44,472 nt of DNA from Chthoniobacteraceae bacterium (GTDB taxonomy: Bacteria; Verrucomicrobiota; Verrucomicrobiia; Chthoniobacterales; Chthoniobacteraceae). The notes under the pieces were generated by a model that did no database searches, had not been told where the DNA came from, and was given only the letters and a program-made list of their open reading frames with translations. Numbering within the stretch: the stretch's first letter is position 1; each line of letters begins with the position of its first letter. The stretch covers positions 1-44,472 of the forward strand of contig JBEBGD010000038.1 in NCBI GenBank assembly GCA_040081625.1. The letters are read 5' to 3'. The translations under genes were made by a program, and so were the position numbers. This document shows, in pieces, positions 16,901-25,679 of this stretch.

Positions 16901-18420
16901 GCCTTCGCAAAAACCACGCGCCGCGTGCTCGGCTGGCCGGTGCGGATGCACTTGCCGTCCTCGGCGGGCGCATCGGTCGGGATGCAGCGGATCGTGACCT
17001 TCAGCTCGTTCTTGATGAGATCCTCGGTCTCGCGCGTGCCGTCCCAATGCGCGAGCGCGAAGCCGCCGTGTAGTTCGGGTTTGTCCGCGTTCTTCGGCGT
17101 GAAGTAGGCGCGGAATTCGTCCCATGTGTCGATGCGCACGGTGTTCGCGTCGCGCAGCGCGGTGGCGCGGGCGAGAAGGCCGTCCTGGATTTCCTGCAAG
17201 GTCGCGGCGCAACTCGCGACGAACTCGCTCGTGAGCGGGAAGGCCTTGTCCTTGTGCGCGCGGTCTCGGCGCGCGACGGCGCACGCGTTCTTTTCCAAGT
17301 CGCGCGGGCCGATCTCCACGCGCAGCGGCGCGCCTTTCTTGATCCACTCCCAGCTCTTTGTGCCGCCGGCGATGTCGCGAGCGTCGAGCTCCACGCGGAT
17401 GGGTTCGCCGGCAAACATTTGCGCTCGCAGTTCGGCGGCGAGCTTCGTGCAGGCGGCGAGCACCGCGTCGCGCGTCTCGGGCTTCGGCGTGACGGGGATG
17501 ATGACCACGTGCGCCGGCGCGATGCGCGGCGGGAGGACCACGCCGTCGTCGTCGCCATGCGCCATGATGACGGTCCCGATGAGCCGCGTGCTCACGCCCC
17601 AGCTCGTCGTCCACGCGTGCTCCTGCTTGTTCTCGCGCGAGACAAACTGGATGCCGCTCGCCTTCGCAAAGTTCTGCCCGAGGAAGTGCGACGTGCCCGC
17701 CTGGATCGCCTTCCGGTCCTGCACCATCGCCTCGATGCACAGCGTCTGCACCGCGCCAGGGAAACGCTCGCCCTCGCTCTTCTCGCCGGTGAGCACCGGC
17801 AGCGCGAGCCAGTCGCGCGCGAAGGTCTCATACACCCGCAGCATCTGCTCCGTCTCCGCGACCGCCTCCGCGCTCGTCTCGTGCGCCGTGTGGCCTTCCT
17901 GCCACAGGAACTCCGCGGTGCGCAGGAACACGCGCGGCCGCATCTCCCAGCGCACGACGTTCGCCCATTGGTTGATGAGGATCGGCAAGTCGCGATAGCT
18001 CTGCACCCACTTCGCGTAAGTCGCACCGATGATCGTCTCGCTCGTCGGCCGCACCACGAGCGGCTCGGTCAGCTTCGCCGACGGCGCAGGCCGCAGCCCG
18101 CCCTCGCCATCCGCCTCGAGCCGGTGATGCGTCACCACCGCGCACTCCTTCGCGAAGCCCTCGACGTGCTCGGCTTCCTTCGCGAGATACGAGAGCGGGA
18201 TGAAGAGCGGGAAATACGCGTTCTTGTGCCCCGTCGCCTTGAACATCCCGTCGAGCGCGCGCTGCATGTTTTCCCACACCCCGTAACCCCACGGCTTGAT
18301 CACCATGCACCCGCGCACATCCGAGTTCTCCGCCATGTCCGCCGCGCGGACGACCTGCTGATACCACTCGGGGAAATCCTGCTCGCGAGTCGGGGTGATG
18401 GCGGTTTGGGGCTGGGACAT
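16894..18420 (-). CDS. proS: Proline--tRNA ligase, archaeal/eukaryotic type
   Basis: RPTSETII, NQWANVVRWEMRPRVFLRTAEFLWQEGHT, QAGTSHFLGQNF, TSWGVSTR and C-terminal FAKAY; no INS editing domain. Confidence 0.95.
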   Translation of the reverse strand: MSQPQTAITPTREQDFPEWYQQVVRAADMAENSDVRGCMVIKPWGYGVWENMQRALDGMFKATGHKNAYFPLFIPLSYLAKEAEHVEGFAKECAVVTHHRLEADGEGGLRPAPSAKLTEPLVVRPTSETIIGATYAKWVQSYRDLPILINQWANVVRWEMRPRVFLRTAEFLWQEGHTAHETSAEAVAETEQMLRVYETFARDWLALPVLTGEKSEGERFPGAVQTLCIEAMVQDRKAIQAGTSHFLGQNFAKASGIQFVSRENKQEHAWTTSWGVSTRLIGTVIMAHGDDDGVVLPPRIAPAHVVIIPVTPKPETRDAVLAACTKLAAELRAQMFAGEPIRVELDARDIAGGTKSWEWIKKGAPLRVEIGPRDLEKNACAVARRDRAHKDKAFPLTSEFVASCAATLQEIQDGLLARATALRDANTVRIDTWDEFRAYFTPKNADKPELHGGFALAHWDGTRETEDLIKNELKVTIRCIPTDAPAEDGKCIRTGQPSTRRVVFAKAY

Positions 18421-18445
18421 GGTGTTTTGAAAAAGGGCGCGGACG

Positions 18446-19006
18446 CTAGTGCTCGGGCCGCTGGCAGGCAAGCCACTCCGCTTGCAATCCCAATCGCGCG
18501 ACGTGCTCCTCAATGAAGGCGCGGTCCACGTCGATCAGATCGAGCACATCGCGAATGTCGCGCGGGTGCTTCTCGCTTCGGCCTTCGCGGAAGAACTCGA
18601 GCTTCTTAAGAATCACGACCTCCGGCGGCGCGACCCAGCAGCCGCGTCCGTCGAGTTCGATACGCCGCCGATGTTTCAGTCCCCACCATTGCAACGCATC
18701 CTGGCCGATCATGTAGCAGTCCGCGCGATGGCTCGTGGCGTGATGCACGAGGTTGAAATGCCCGCGCTCGCTGCGCGCGGCCTCGGTCAGGAAGGTCTCG
18801 CGTGGCGGGCGATGGAAATCTACCTCGGGAAAGGCGCGCTCGAATCGCTGGCAATCGCCCGCCGCGATGCCGAGCACGAGGTCGAGATCTTCCGTCGTGC
18901 GATGCACGCCGAACGCCATCGCCGCAAATGCACCGGCGATCATATAGCCGAGCGCCTCGCGCTCGAGCGGCTCAGTGAAGATCCACGGCAGTTCAGTCTC
19001 GGGCAC
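18446..19006 (-). CDS. Nucleotidyltransferase-fold protein (putative toxin, DUF6036/AbiEii-like)
   Basis: GAFAAMAFGVHRTTEDLDLV (G...G..R.T.D.D) motif and C-terminal ILKKL...SEKHPRDI; GTG start. Confidence 0.7.
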   Translation of the reverse strand: MPETELPWIFTEPLEREALGYMIAGAFAAMAFGVHRTTEDLDLVLGIAAGDCQRFERAFPEVDFHRPPRETFLTEAARSERGHFNLVHHATSHRADCYMIGQDALQWWGLKHRRRIELDGRGCWVAPPEVVILKKLEFFREGRSEKHPRDIRDVLDLIDVDRAFIEEHVARLGLQAEWLACQRPEH

Positions 19007-19190
19007 GGCGGATCAGGCGCTGTGTCTCCGCGCGCACTTGCTCGTCGGTCCAGTCCGGGTGACGCGAGCGCACGCCTGCGGAGAGAAAGGCGCGCGTCGA
19101 ACGAAGAAACCGCAGCCCGCGCGCGAAGCGTTCGCTCAAGCTCAGGCGGCGCAGGCGTTCGATTTGCAGCGGGTGGAGACTGCTGTTCAT
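18993..19190 (-). CDS. Small helical protein, putative antitoxin partner of the NTase
   Basis: 65 aa, MNSSLHPLQIERLRRLSLSERFARG...GVRSRHPDWTDEQVRAE; ATGA overlap with the upstream M20 gene and overlap with the NTase start. Confidence 0.65.
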   Translation of the reverse strand: MNSSLHPLQIERLRRLSLSERFARGLRFLRSTRAFLSAGVRSRHPDWTDEQVRAETQRLIRRARD

Positions 19191-20305
19191 AGCGACGCGA
19201 GGAAGCGCCCGAAGAACTCCGACCCGCGCTCCAGCTCCGCAACTTCGATCCACTCGTCCTTCGTGTGCGCCTGCGCGATCGAGCCGGGGCCCATCGCGAT
19301 CGCCGGTGTGCCGGCGGCGGCGAAGACGGCGGCGTCGCAGAACCACGGCGCCCCGACGCACTTCGCGCCAAGTTTGCACAGGCCGGCGATGAGCAGGTGC
19401 TCGGGATCGGTCCAGAGCGGCTGCGATTGTCCGGCTTCGATCTCGAGATCGGCGCAGACTCCGCGCAGGCGGCGCTCGAGGTGCGCGAGAAATTCCGGCG
19501 CGTCCTGCTCGGGCACGGTGCGGATATCGACCGTCGCTTCGCAACGGTCGGCGACGATGTTCGTTTTGCTGCCGCCGCGGATGGTGCCGACGCTGATCGT
19601 GCATGGGCCGAGCTCCGGGTCGGTGTCGGCAGCGAGTTCGCGGGCGAGCACTTCGCGGATGTAGCGGACGACCTCGGCCATCTTGTAGATCGCGTTGTCG
19701 CCCAGCTCGGGGCGCGCGGCGTGCGCGGCGCGACCGTGCGTGACGAGCTTGAGATGCGTGCAGCCCTTGTGCGTGTGGACCACGTCGAGCCCGGTCGGCT
19801 CGCCAGCGATCACGAAGTCGAAGCTCTCCTGCGCGGCCAGCGCCTTGGCGCCCTGCTGGCCGGCTTCCTCGCCCGCGAGGCCGGCGAACCAGATCTCCGC
19901 GCCGAGCTCCGGCAGCTTCTCGCGCATCCCGCGCAGCGCCCACAGCATCGCGGCCATCGAGCCTTTCGTATCGCTCGCGCCGCGTCCCCAGATGCGGCCC
20001 GCACGCCACTCACCGCCGAAGGGATCGATCGTCATCCCGGCGACGCTGACCGTGTCCGTGTGCGGCGCGAAGAGCAGCCGCGGCTTTCCCTCGCGATCTC
20101 CGGGCCAGTGCGCGACCACATTTGGCCGGCCCGGCAGCACCTCACGCAGCTCGGCCTGCGCGCCGCAGTCACGGAGGAAATCGACGAGCCACTCCGCGAT
20201 GCACTGCTCACCGGTCGCGCTGGTGCCGGGATCGCCGTGCGGATTCACGCTCGGGATGCTAATGAGCACCTGCAATAACTCGGTGACGGACTGCGGCTGT
20301 TTCAT
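19187..20305 (-). CDS. M20 family metallopeptidase/deacylase (ArgE/DapE-like)
   Basis: HTDTV, GRGASDTKG, GEEAG, GEPT and AHTKDE metal-binding motifs. Confidence 0.88.
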   Translation of the reverse strand: MKQPQSVTELLQVLISIPSVNPHGDPGTSATGEQCIAEWLVDFLRDCGAQAELREVLPGRPNVVAHWPGDREGKPRLLFAPHTDTVSVAGMTIDPFGGEWRAGRIWGRGASDTKGSMAAMLWALRGMREKLPELGAEIWFAGLAGEEAGQQGAKALAAQESFDFVIAGEPTGLDVVHTHKGCTHLKLVTHGRAAHAARPELGDNAIYKMAEVVRYIREVLARELAADTDPELGPCTISVGTIRGGSKTNIVADRCEATVDIRTVPEQDAPEFLAHLERRLRGVCADLEIEAGQSQPLWTDPEHLLIAGLCKLGAKCVGAPWFCDAAVFAAAGTPAIAMGPGSIAQAHTKDEWIEVAELERGSEFFGRFLASL

Positions 20306-20366
20306 GCGCCGAGAACTTTGCCGCGGTCGCGCCGGGCCGCGAGTTTCTTTTCCGGCTCACGGAAAA

Positions 20367-20396
20367 TTGCTTGCGGTATGGCAGCCATGCCATACT
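20367..20396 (+). promoter_or_regulatory. Putative sigma70 promoter with palindromic operator for vapBC
   Basis: TTGCTT (20367-72), 18 nt, then CATACT (20391-96) with TG at the extended -10 position, overlapped by the perfect inverted repeat GTATGGCA-GCCA-TGCCATAC (20376-20395). Confidence 0.6.
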
Positions 20397-20407
20397 CTGC
20401 GGGCGCG

Positions 20408-20665
20408 ATGAAAATGACCATGCACATAGATGAAGACGTGCTCGCCGAAGTGATGAAGATCACCGGCGTGCCCAGCAAGACCAAGGCGGTCGAGACGGCG
20501 CTCGTCGAGATGGTCAGGAAGCACAGGTTCAAGACCCTCGCCAAGGCCGGCCTCGGCCTCACGAGCGCGGAGTTGAAGAACGTCTGGGAAGATCCCTTCC
20601 CCGAGGAGTCGCTGCGCGTGGCCGAAGACTCACCCGCCCATGCCCGGAAGCGTTCTCGTCGATAG
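20408..20665 (+). CDS. vapB: VapB-type antitoxin (RHH, DUF2191-like)
   Basis: MKMTMHIDEDVLAEVMKITGVPSKTKAVETALVE pattern; overlaps the PIN gene. Confidence 0.82.
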   Translation: MKMTMHIDEDVLAEVMKITGVPSKTKAVETALVEMVRKHRFKTLAKAGLGLTSAELKNVWEDPFPEESLRVAEDSPAHARKRSRR

Positions 20666-21032
20666 CAGCTACTTCATCGACCGTCTGCGTGCCGGCGAAG
20701 ACCCGTTCGCGCACTTCGCCGAGCACGCCGACGATACCGACTTCTTCACCTGCGGTGTGGTGATGGTCGAAGTGCTGCGCGGCGTGAAGATCAAGAAAGC
20801 GCACACCCGTCTCAGCGCGCTCATGGGTGCGATGCTCTACGTTCCGACGCTCAACCGCGTGTGGGAACGTGTTGCCGCGCTCGCCTGGCAACTCGACCGC
20901 GCGGGACTCCCGACGCAGGTGACCGACCTTACGATCGCGGCCTGCGCGCTCGATGCCGATGCCGCGGTGCTCACGCTCGATAGTGACTTCGCGCGCGTGC
21001 CGGGACTGCGTGTGGTGCGGACGTTGGGGTGA
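20640..21032 (+). CDS. vapC: VapC PIN-domain toxin
   Basis: VLVDSSYFID, VMVEVLRG, DLTIAACA and LTLDSDF acidic PIN motifs. Confidence 0.88.
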   Translation: MPGSVLVDSSYFIDRLRAGEDPFAHFAEHADDTDFFTCGVVMVEVLRGVKIKKAHTRLSALMGAMLYVPTLNRVWERVAALAWQLDRAGLPTQVTDLTIAACALDADAAVLTLDSDFARVPGLRVVRTLG

Positions 21033-21082
21033 TCCGCGCTCGCGGTGCTGCTGGTGAAGGCGAAGGGGTGACTCCGATTAAC

Positions 21083-22441
21083 TTATCGTGATGCGTTCGC
21101 ATTTGGCGTGGCGTGCGAACTCACGCTTGAACTACGGATCGCGTCATGGTCCCGCGTGTAGGAATTGAGCAACTGGCGCAGGATTGCTGACACCACGTTG
21201 ACGTTGACGGCATTCCCCAATGCACGGTAGGCGCGGATGCCCTTCGGAAGGTGTTTCAACGCGTCCATCGATTGGAGGCGCGCACATTCGCGCGCGGTCA
21301 TGTAACGCCGTTCCCATCCCACGATCGGTATCTGCGTTGTCGTCATGGCGACGAGGGACGGCGAAGTCGAAGGGCGCTTCACGCGCACGCCGGATGCGCG
21401 AAACTGGAGGACATATTTCCAGATGTCGCGATCCTCGCCCTGGCAGTTCCACTCGAGCTTTTGAAGGCTGGGTGGAAAGCGGCGCAACTCGGGAAGCCAC
21501 GTTGAGAGCCATCGCTGGTGTTCAACGTAGAACTCGCGATTCTGTCGAATGAACGTGCGCTTCCACGTCGGGAATGGATCGGACTTTCGCAGGGCGTGGC
21601 TTGGCAGCCGCGCCGTCATTTTCTCCCACGAGAGCCGGGCGAGCGGGTCGCCGAAATTGCCGAGTGATCGTCGCAGTTTGGCCAGCGGGAGTTTGTCCAA
21701 ACGACCGCGATCGGCAGGGTATGTCGCACCGAATTCCATCGCCCAGATCGGGAAGGACGGAAGTTTCGCGCTGGCGGGAATCAGATCGAGGAAGTGCTGC
21801 CAAGTATCGAGACAGTCAACGACCTGAGCGCTGAGCGGCATGGCGTCCTTTGGCTTGGCGTCCAGAATCGCGCTCAAGTGTGGCTCACGCTCGTTTGGTT
21901 CCGGCCAGGTGAATCCATCGAGCGAGCCGAGTCGCGCGACCATGTAGATGCGCTCGCGGATCTGCGGGATGCCAAACTGGTGCGGCGAATACTGCCGGTA
22001 GTCCACCTCGTAGCCGAGTTGCTTGAGGGTGGCGCAGACTTTGCGGTAGGTGTTGCCGTCGTCGTGGTTGACGAAGTGCGCGACGTTTTCCAGGACCACG
22101 AGCGCGGGTTGTTTCACGCGCAGGATCTCGGCGAGGTTGTCGAATACGGTGCCGCGAGCTTTGCGGTCGCCCCAGCCCATTTGCTCGCCGGCCTTCGAGA
22201 AGGGCTGGCAGGGAAATCCCGCGCAGAGCAGGTCGTGGTCGGGCACGCTGCTCGGTCTTACCTCGCGGATGTCGCCGGCGGGTTCGCGGCGGAAGTTCTG
22301 GCGATAGACCGCGCGCAGGTCTTCCTCAATCTCGCAAGCGAAGACACACTCGCCGCCCAGCTTTGCGGCGGCTAGATGGAAGCCGCCAAGGCCCGCGAAA
22401 AGGTCCGCAAAACGGAACGCGCGCGCTGGGCGTGCGATCAC
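21083..22441 (-). CDS. DNA (cytosine-5)-methyltransferase
   Basis: Motifs I FADLFAGLGGF, IV AGFPCQPFS, VI ENV, VIII PQIRERIY, IX RECARLQ and X ALGNAVNV; long variable region. GTG at 22441 overlaps the upstream stop (GTGA). Confidence 0.93.
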   Translation of the reverse strand: MIARPARAFRFADLFAGLGGFHLAAAKLGGECVFACEIEEDLRAVYRQNFRREPAGDIREVRPSSVPDHDLLCAGFPCQPFSKAGEQMGWGDRKARGTVFDNLAEILRVKQPALVVLENVAHFVNHDDGNTYRKVCATLKQLGYEVDYRQYSPHQFGIPQIRERIYMVARLGSLDGFTWPEPNEREPHLSAILDAKPKDAMPLSAQVVDCLDTWQHFLDLIPASAKLPSFPIWAMEFGATYPADRGRLDKLPLAKLRRSLGNFGDPLARLSWEKMTARLPSHALRKSDPFPTWKRTFIRQNREFYVEHQRWLSTWLPELRRFPPSLQKLEWNCQGEDRDIWKYVLQFRASGVRVKRPSTSPSLVAMTTTQIPIVGWERRYMTARECARLQSMDALKHLPKGIRAYRALGNAVNVNVVSAILRQLLNSYTRDHDAIRSSSVSSHATPNANASR

Positions 22442-23373
22442 TTTAGCCACGGCAGGAGCTTGGTTCGCTGCCCGCACCACTTCGCCAGTTCGCGTCCCAA
22501 CTTGTCGGGCAGCCAATCGCGCAAGTGCAGCGAGGCTGAGAGCAGCCGCATCCGATCGAGCAGCCAGCATTTACCTTGGATACTGTGGTTTTCAAATTCG
22601 CGCCTCGGAAATGAAAATGGCGTGGCGAAGGCGCGACGCGGCAGGCTCTGAGGGATGACTTTGAGGAGGTCGTTCCAGATTCCTTCGTTGGGTTCGTCCA
22701 GCTTGTCGGTGAAGTTTCGCCCGCTGGCGCATTGCACGAGGAAGGTAGGGAATCCGCCACGGCGATCGCCGAACTCGCGATAACAGACGAGATCGAGCCC
22801 GAGTTCCTTCGTCTGCTTTCTCTGCCAGCGTTTCAAGTTGCCTACATCGCCGCAAAGCCGGCGCGCGACTTCCTCGACGATGGCGGGGAGGAGGTCCGGC
22901 TTTTTGGCGGACCAGCCGGTGCGGTGGACGGTCCATGTCGGCAGCAGCACCGCGAGCGCAGCCTCGGTGAGTTGCTCGAACAGGGTGCCCTGCTCGTTGT
23001 AACTCTTCTCGCTGCGCTGAGGAGTGCCTTCGGGACGATAGGAGAGCAGCAGGCAGAAGGCGTAGGCCGGCCACTCGCGCCACGATTTGGAACGCAGATG
23101 AATCTCCTGATAGTCGGCATCGAAAGGCGATCCATCGCCGCACTGGTGGCGGCGCGACGCGAGTTGCCGCCAGACATCCGCGACGAATCGCTCGGCTTTG
23201 TCCCGATCTTCGATGATGAGCTTTTCGCGAATTGCATCGATGACCTCTGGCTCGGTCGCGCGCTCATTGGAGAAGAGCACCGAGGCTTCGATCCAATCCG
23301 CCGCCGCCTCGATCTCCACTCCCGCGTCGTCGGGAGCGGGCTCCCGCAAATCTCTAGGCGGTTGGAGGAGCAT
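22438..23373 (-). CDS. Hypothetical protein, putative PD-(D/E)xK-like endonuclease
   Basis: 311 aa; FEQL...KELGLDLVCYREFGDRRGG...LVQCASG resembles an E...(D/E).G.D...(Q/E)x(K/A) restriction-endonuclease-fold core; coupled to the genes on both sides. Confidence 0.55.
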   Translation of the reverse strand: MLLQPPRDLREPAPDDAGVEIEAAADWIEASVLFSNERATEPEVIDAIREKLIIEDRDKAERFVADVWRQLASRRHQCGDGSPFDADYQEIHLRSKSWREWPAYAFCLLLSYRPEGTPQRSEKSYNEQGTLFEQLTEAALAVLLPTWTVHRTGWSAKKPDLLPAIVEEVARRLCGDVGNLKRWQRKQTKELGLDLVCYREFGDRRGGFPTFLVQCASGRNFTDKLDEPNEGIWNDLLKVIPQSLPRRAFATPFSFPRREFENHSIQGKCWLLDRMRLLSASLHLRDWLPDKLGRELAKWCGQRTKLLPWLK

Positions 23374-24476
23374 TATTCCGCGCAGAGCCGGTCCTTCATG
23401 CCGGGAAAGATTTCCAGGAGCCGTTTCGTGTTCTTGCCCAAACGCTCGGCCGATTTCTGAAGCTTCGCGGACTTCGGAAAATGGTGGGCGCGACTCAGCG
23501 CAAGCTCCAGGCTATCCGAGGCATCATCGACCAGCTTGGCGACTTCGACTTCATCTCCGCCCGAGAGCTTGGCCGCGACGTCAAAGCTGGGGTTCTTCGA
23601 GCTTTCAAGATACTCCACGGCTTCGCGCGATTCGAGCACGCGGCCAAAGCGCTCCACCTGCCGCGAGTCGGTGAACAGCGGCTCCCGCTCCGCATTGCCA
23701 AAGAGCCACAGCGCGAAATTTCTCAGCGCGTCGAGATGCTGCGGCGGCACCGGGCGCTGGGTTTTTTTCGGCGGAGCTTCGATGTCGATGTGCAGGTAGG
23801 TGCGGACGCCCGTCGTTCGTAGCGAGAGATACATCACGCTGAAACGGCCTTGGAGGTTTTCCACCGGCACCGCGTCGGCGTCCTCCATCTGAAGCAGCAG
23901 GCGATAGGAGATATAGTGTCGGCGCACGGTATCTAGGCGCGAACCGATCTTGCGGCGGACTTGGTCGTAGGTTTGGCCGCTGTCGATGAGCCGCGCGATG
24001 AACTCCGCTTTCTCCGCGGGCTTCCACTCCTCGATGCCCGTGACGTGCCGGAAACCAAGGAACGCCTGCACCGATTCGCGATCGTCGGCGAGCAAGTAAG
24101 GGATGCGCTCGAACAATCCTTTCGGCGCTTTCTTTTCACCGACGATCTCGGTCCAGAGCCGATCGCCCTTCCGCTTCCCCGCATACGTTTCGTGCAGCGC
24201 ACGCAACGCGGCGAGTCGGCGATTTCCCTCCACCACGAAGAGCCGCTCGCGGCCTTTGAGTTTCTCCCGCACGCAGATCAGCGCCTCCTGCGTCCAGAAT
24301 TGCCCGTTCTCGATAAACGACACCGCGAGTTCGTCCACCTTCCACGTCTCGACTCGTTTCTGGAGTTCGCCTTGATCCAACTCCTCCTCGACGATGTGCC
24401 GCCCCAGCCGCGGATTTTTGGGATCGAGGAATAGCTCGTCGAGGCTGGTGAATTGGAGGTCTTGGCTGACGGCCAT
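23373..24476 (-). CDS. ParB/Sulfiredoxin-like N-terminal domain protein with HTH
   Basis: LFLDPKNPRL, VVEGNRRLAAL (ParB GxRR), RHVTGIEEW...KAEF, then HTH-like TYDQVRRKIGSRLDTVRR. Confidence 0.75.
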   Translation of the reverse strand: MAVSQDLQFTSLDELFLDPKNPRLGRHIVEEELDQGELQKRVETWKVDELAVSFIENGQFWTQEALICVREKLKGRERLFVVEGNRRLAALRALHETYAGKRKGDRLWTEIVGEKKAPKGLFERIPYLLADDRESVQAFLGFRHVTGIEEWKPAEKAEFIARLIDSGQTYDQVRRKIGSRLDTVRRHYISYRLLLQMEDADAVPVENLQGRFSVMYLSLRTTGVRTYLHIDIEAPPKKTQRPVPPQHLDALRNFALWLFGNAEREPLFTDSRQVERFGRVLESREAVEYLESSKNPSFDVAAKLSGGDEVEVAKLVDDASDSLELALSRAHHFPKSAKLQKSAERLGKNTKRLLEIFPGMKDRLCAE

Positions 24477-24545
24477 GTGAGCGATGCGTGAGTGGTGACG
24501 ACTGCCTACCATGCTGCCGCCTTCAGCCGCAAACCACAAAGCATA

Positions 24546-25496
24546 CTACTGGCCCCGCACCGCGTGGAACCACTCCACGAATTTCGGAATCCCTTCCGCG
24601 ATCTGCGTGTGCGGATCGTAGCCGAGATGCGACTTCGCCTTGGAAATATCCGCGAAGGTCAGCGGCACGTCGCCGGGTTGCTCGGGGAGTTGCTCGATCT
24701 GTGCGGTCTTCCCGAGCGCGCGCTCGATCGCTGCGATCAGTTCGTTGAGCGTCGTGGTCTGGCTTTCGCCGAGGTTGAAAACTTCGCACAGCGGGCCTTC
24801 GTAGCCGAGGCACGCGGTCATGCCCTGCACGATGTCGTCGATGTAGGTGTAGTCGCGCGCCGTCCCGCCGGCGCCGAATTTCCTGATCGCGCGGCCTTCC
24901 CAAATCGCGCGCGTGAATGAATGGATCGCGAGGTCGGGGCGCTGGCGCGGGCCATAGACGGTAAAGAAGCGCAGGTTGATCGTGCGCAGGCCGTAGAGGT
25001 GCGCGTAGTTCGAGCAGAGTTGCTCGGCGGCGAGCTTCGTCGCGGCGTAAGGCGAGATCGTTTGGTTGAGGCACATGTCCTCGCGGAAGGGCGCGGTCTT
25101 CAGCACGCCATACACGCTCGAACTGCTCGCGCTGATAAAGCGCGGGACGTTCGCCTGCCGCGCGGCTTCGAGCAGGTTCCATGTGCCGGTGATGTTCGTG
25201 TCGATGTAGAGCTTCGGCTCCTTGATCGACGGGCGCACTCCCGCGCGCGCGGCGAGGTGCACGATCGTGTCGAACTTCCCGTCCTTCACCACGCGCGTCA
25301 CGGCCTCGCCATCGCGGATGTCGATCTCGCGGACCGGTGCGTCCTTCGCGAAGGCGGCGACGTTCGCGCGCTTGATCGCGGGGTCGTAGAAATCGTTGAA
25401 CTCGTCGAGCACGGCGACGCTGTGCCCGAGGGTGAGGCACTTTTCGACGAAGTGTGAGCCGATGAAACCGGCACCGCCGGTCACGAGGATTCGCAT
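24546..25496 (-). CDS. NAD-dependent nucleotide-sugar epimerase (UDP-glucuronate 4-epimerase-like)
   Basis: TGGAGFIGS, HLAARAGVRPS, ASSSSVYG, YAATK and LRFFTVYGPRQRPDLA motifs. Confidence 0.9.
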   Translation of the reverse strand: MRILVTGGAGFIGSHFVEKCLTLGHSVAVLDEFNDFYDPAIKRANVAAFAKDAPVREIDIRDGEAVTRVVKDGKFDTIVHLAARAGVRPSIKEPKLYIDTNITGTWNLLEAARQANVPRFISASSSSVYGVLKTAPFREDMCLNQTISPYAATKLAAEQLCSNYAHLYGLRTINLRFFTVYGPRQRPDLAIHSFTRAIWEGRAIRKFGAGGTARDYTYIDDIVQGMTACLGYEGPLCEVFNLGESQTTTLNELIAAIERALGKTAQIEQLPEQPGDVPLTFADISKAKSHLGYDPHTQIAEGIPKFVEWFHAVRGQ

Positions 25497-25626
25497 GGTC
25501 GGCGGAGTGAAGTGCGGCTTGCGCGTGCTGTCCCTCTTTTTCTTGTTCGTTTTCCTGATCGCGCTGCCGGCGGGGGAAAAGAAAACGAAACTGCCTCCAC
25601 GCCGCCGTCCACCGGGGAAACAGCCG

Positions 25627-25656
25627 TTGACAACCTCGCCCGCCGCGTGCCATACG
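25627..25656 (+). promoter_or_regulatory. Putative sigma70 promoter
   Basis: Perfect TTGACA (25627-32), 18 nt spacer, then CATACG with an extended -10 TG, upstream of ATG 25680. Confidence 0.4.
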
Positions 25657-25679
25657 CCACCGACTCATTTTCAAATCCC

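Noticed and set aside
23373..24476. Chromosome or plasmid partition ParB
   Set aside because: There is no parA and no parS-like palindrome nearby, and the gene is coupled to nuclease-like and MTase genes.
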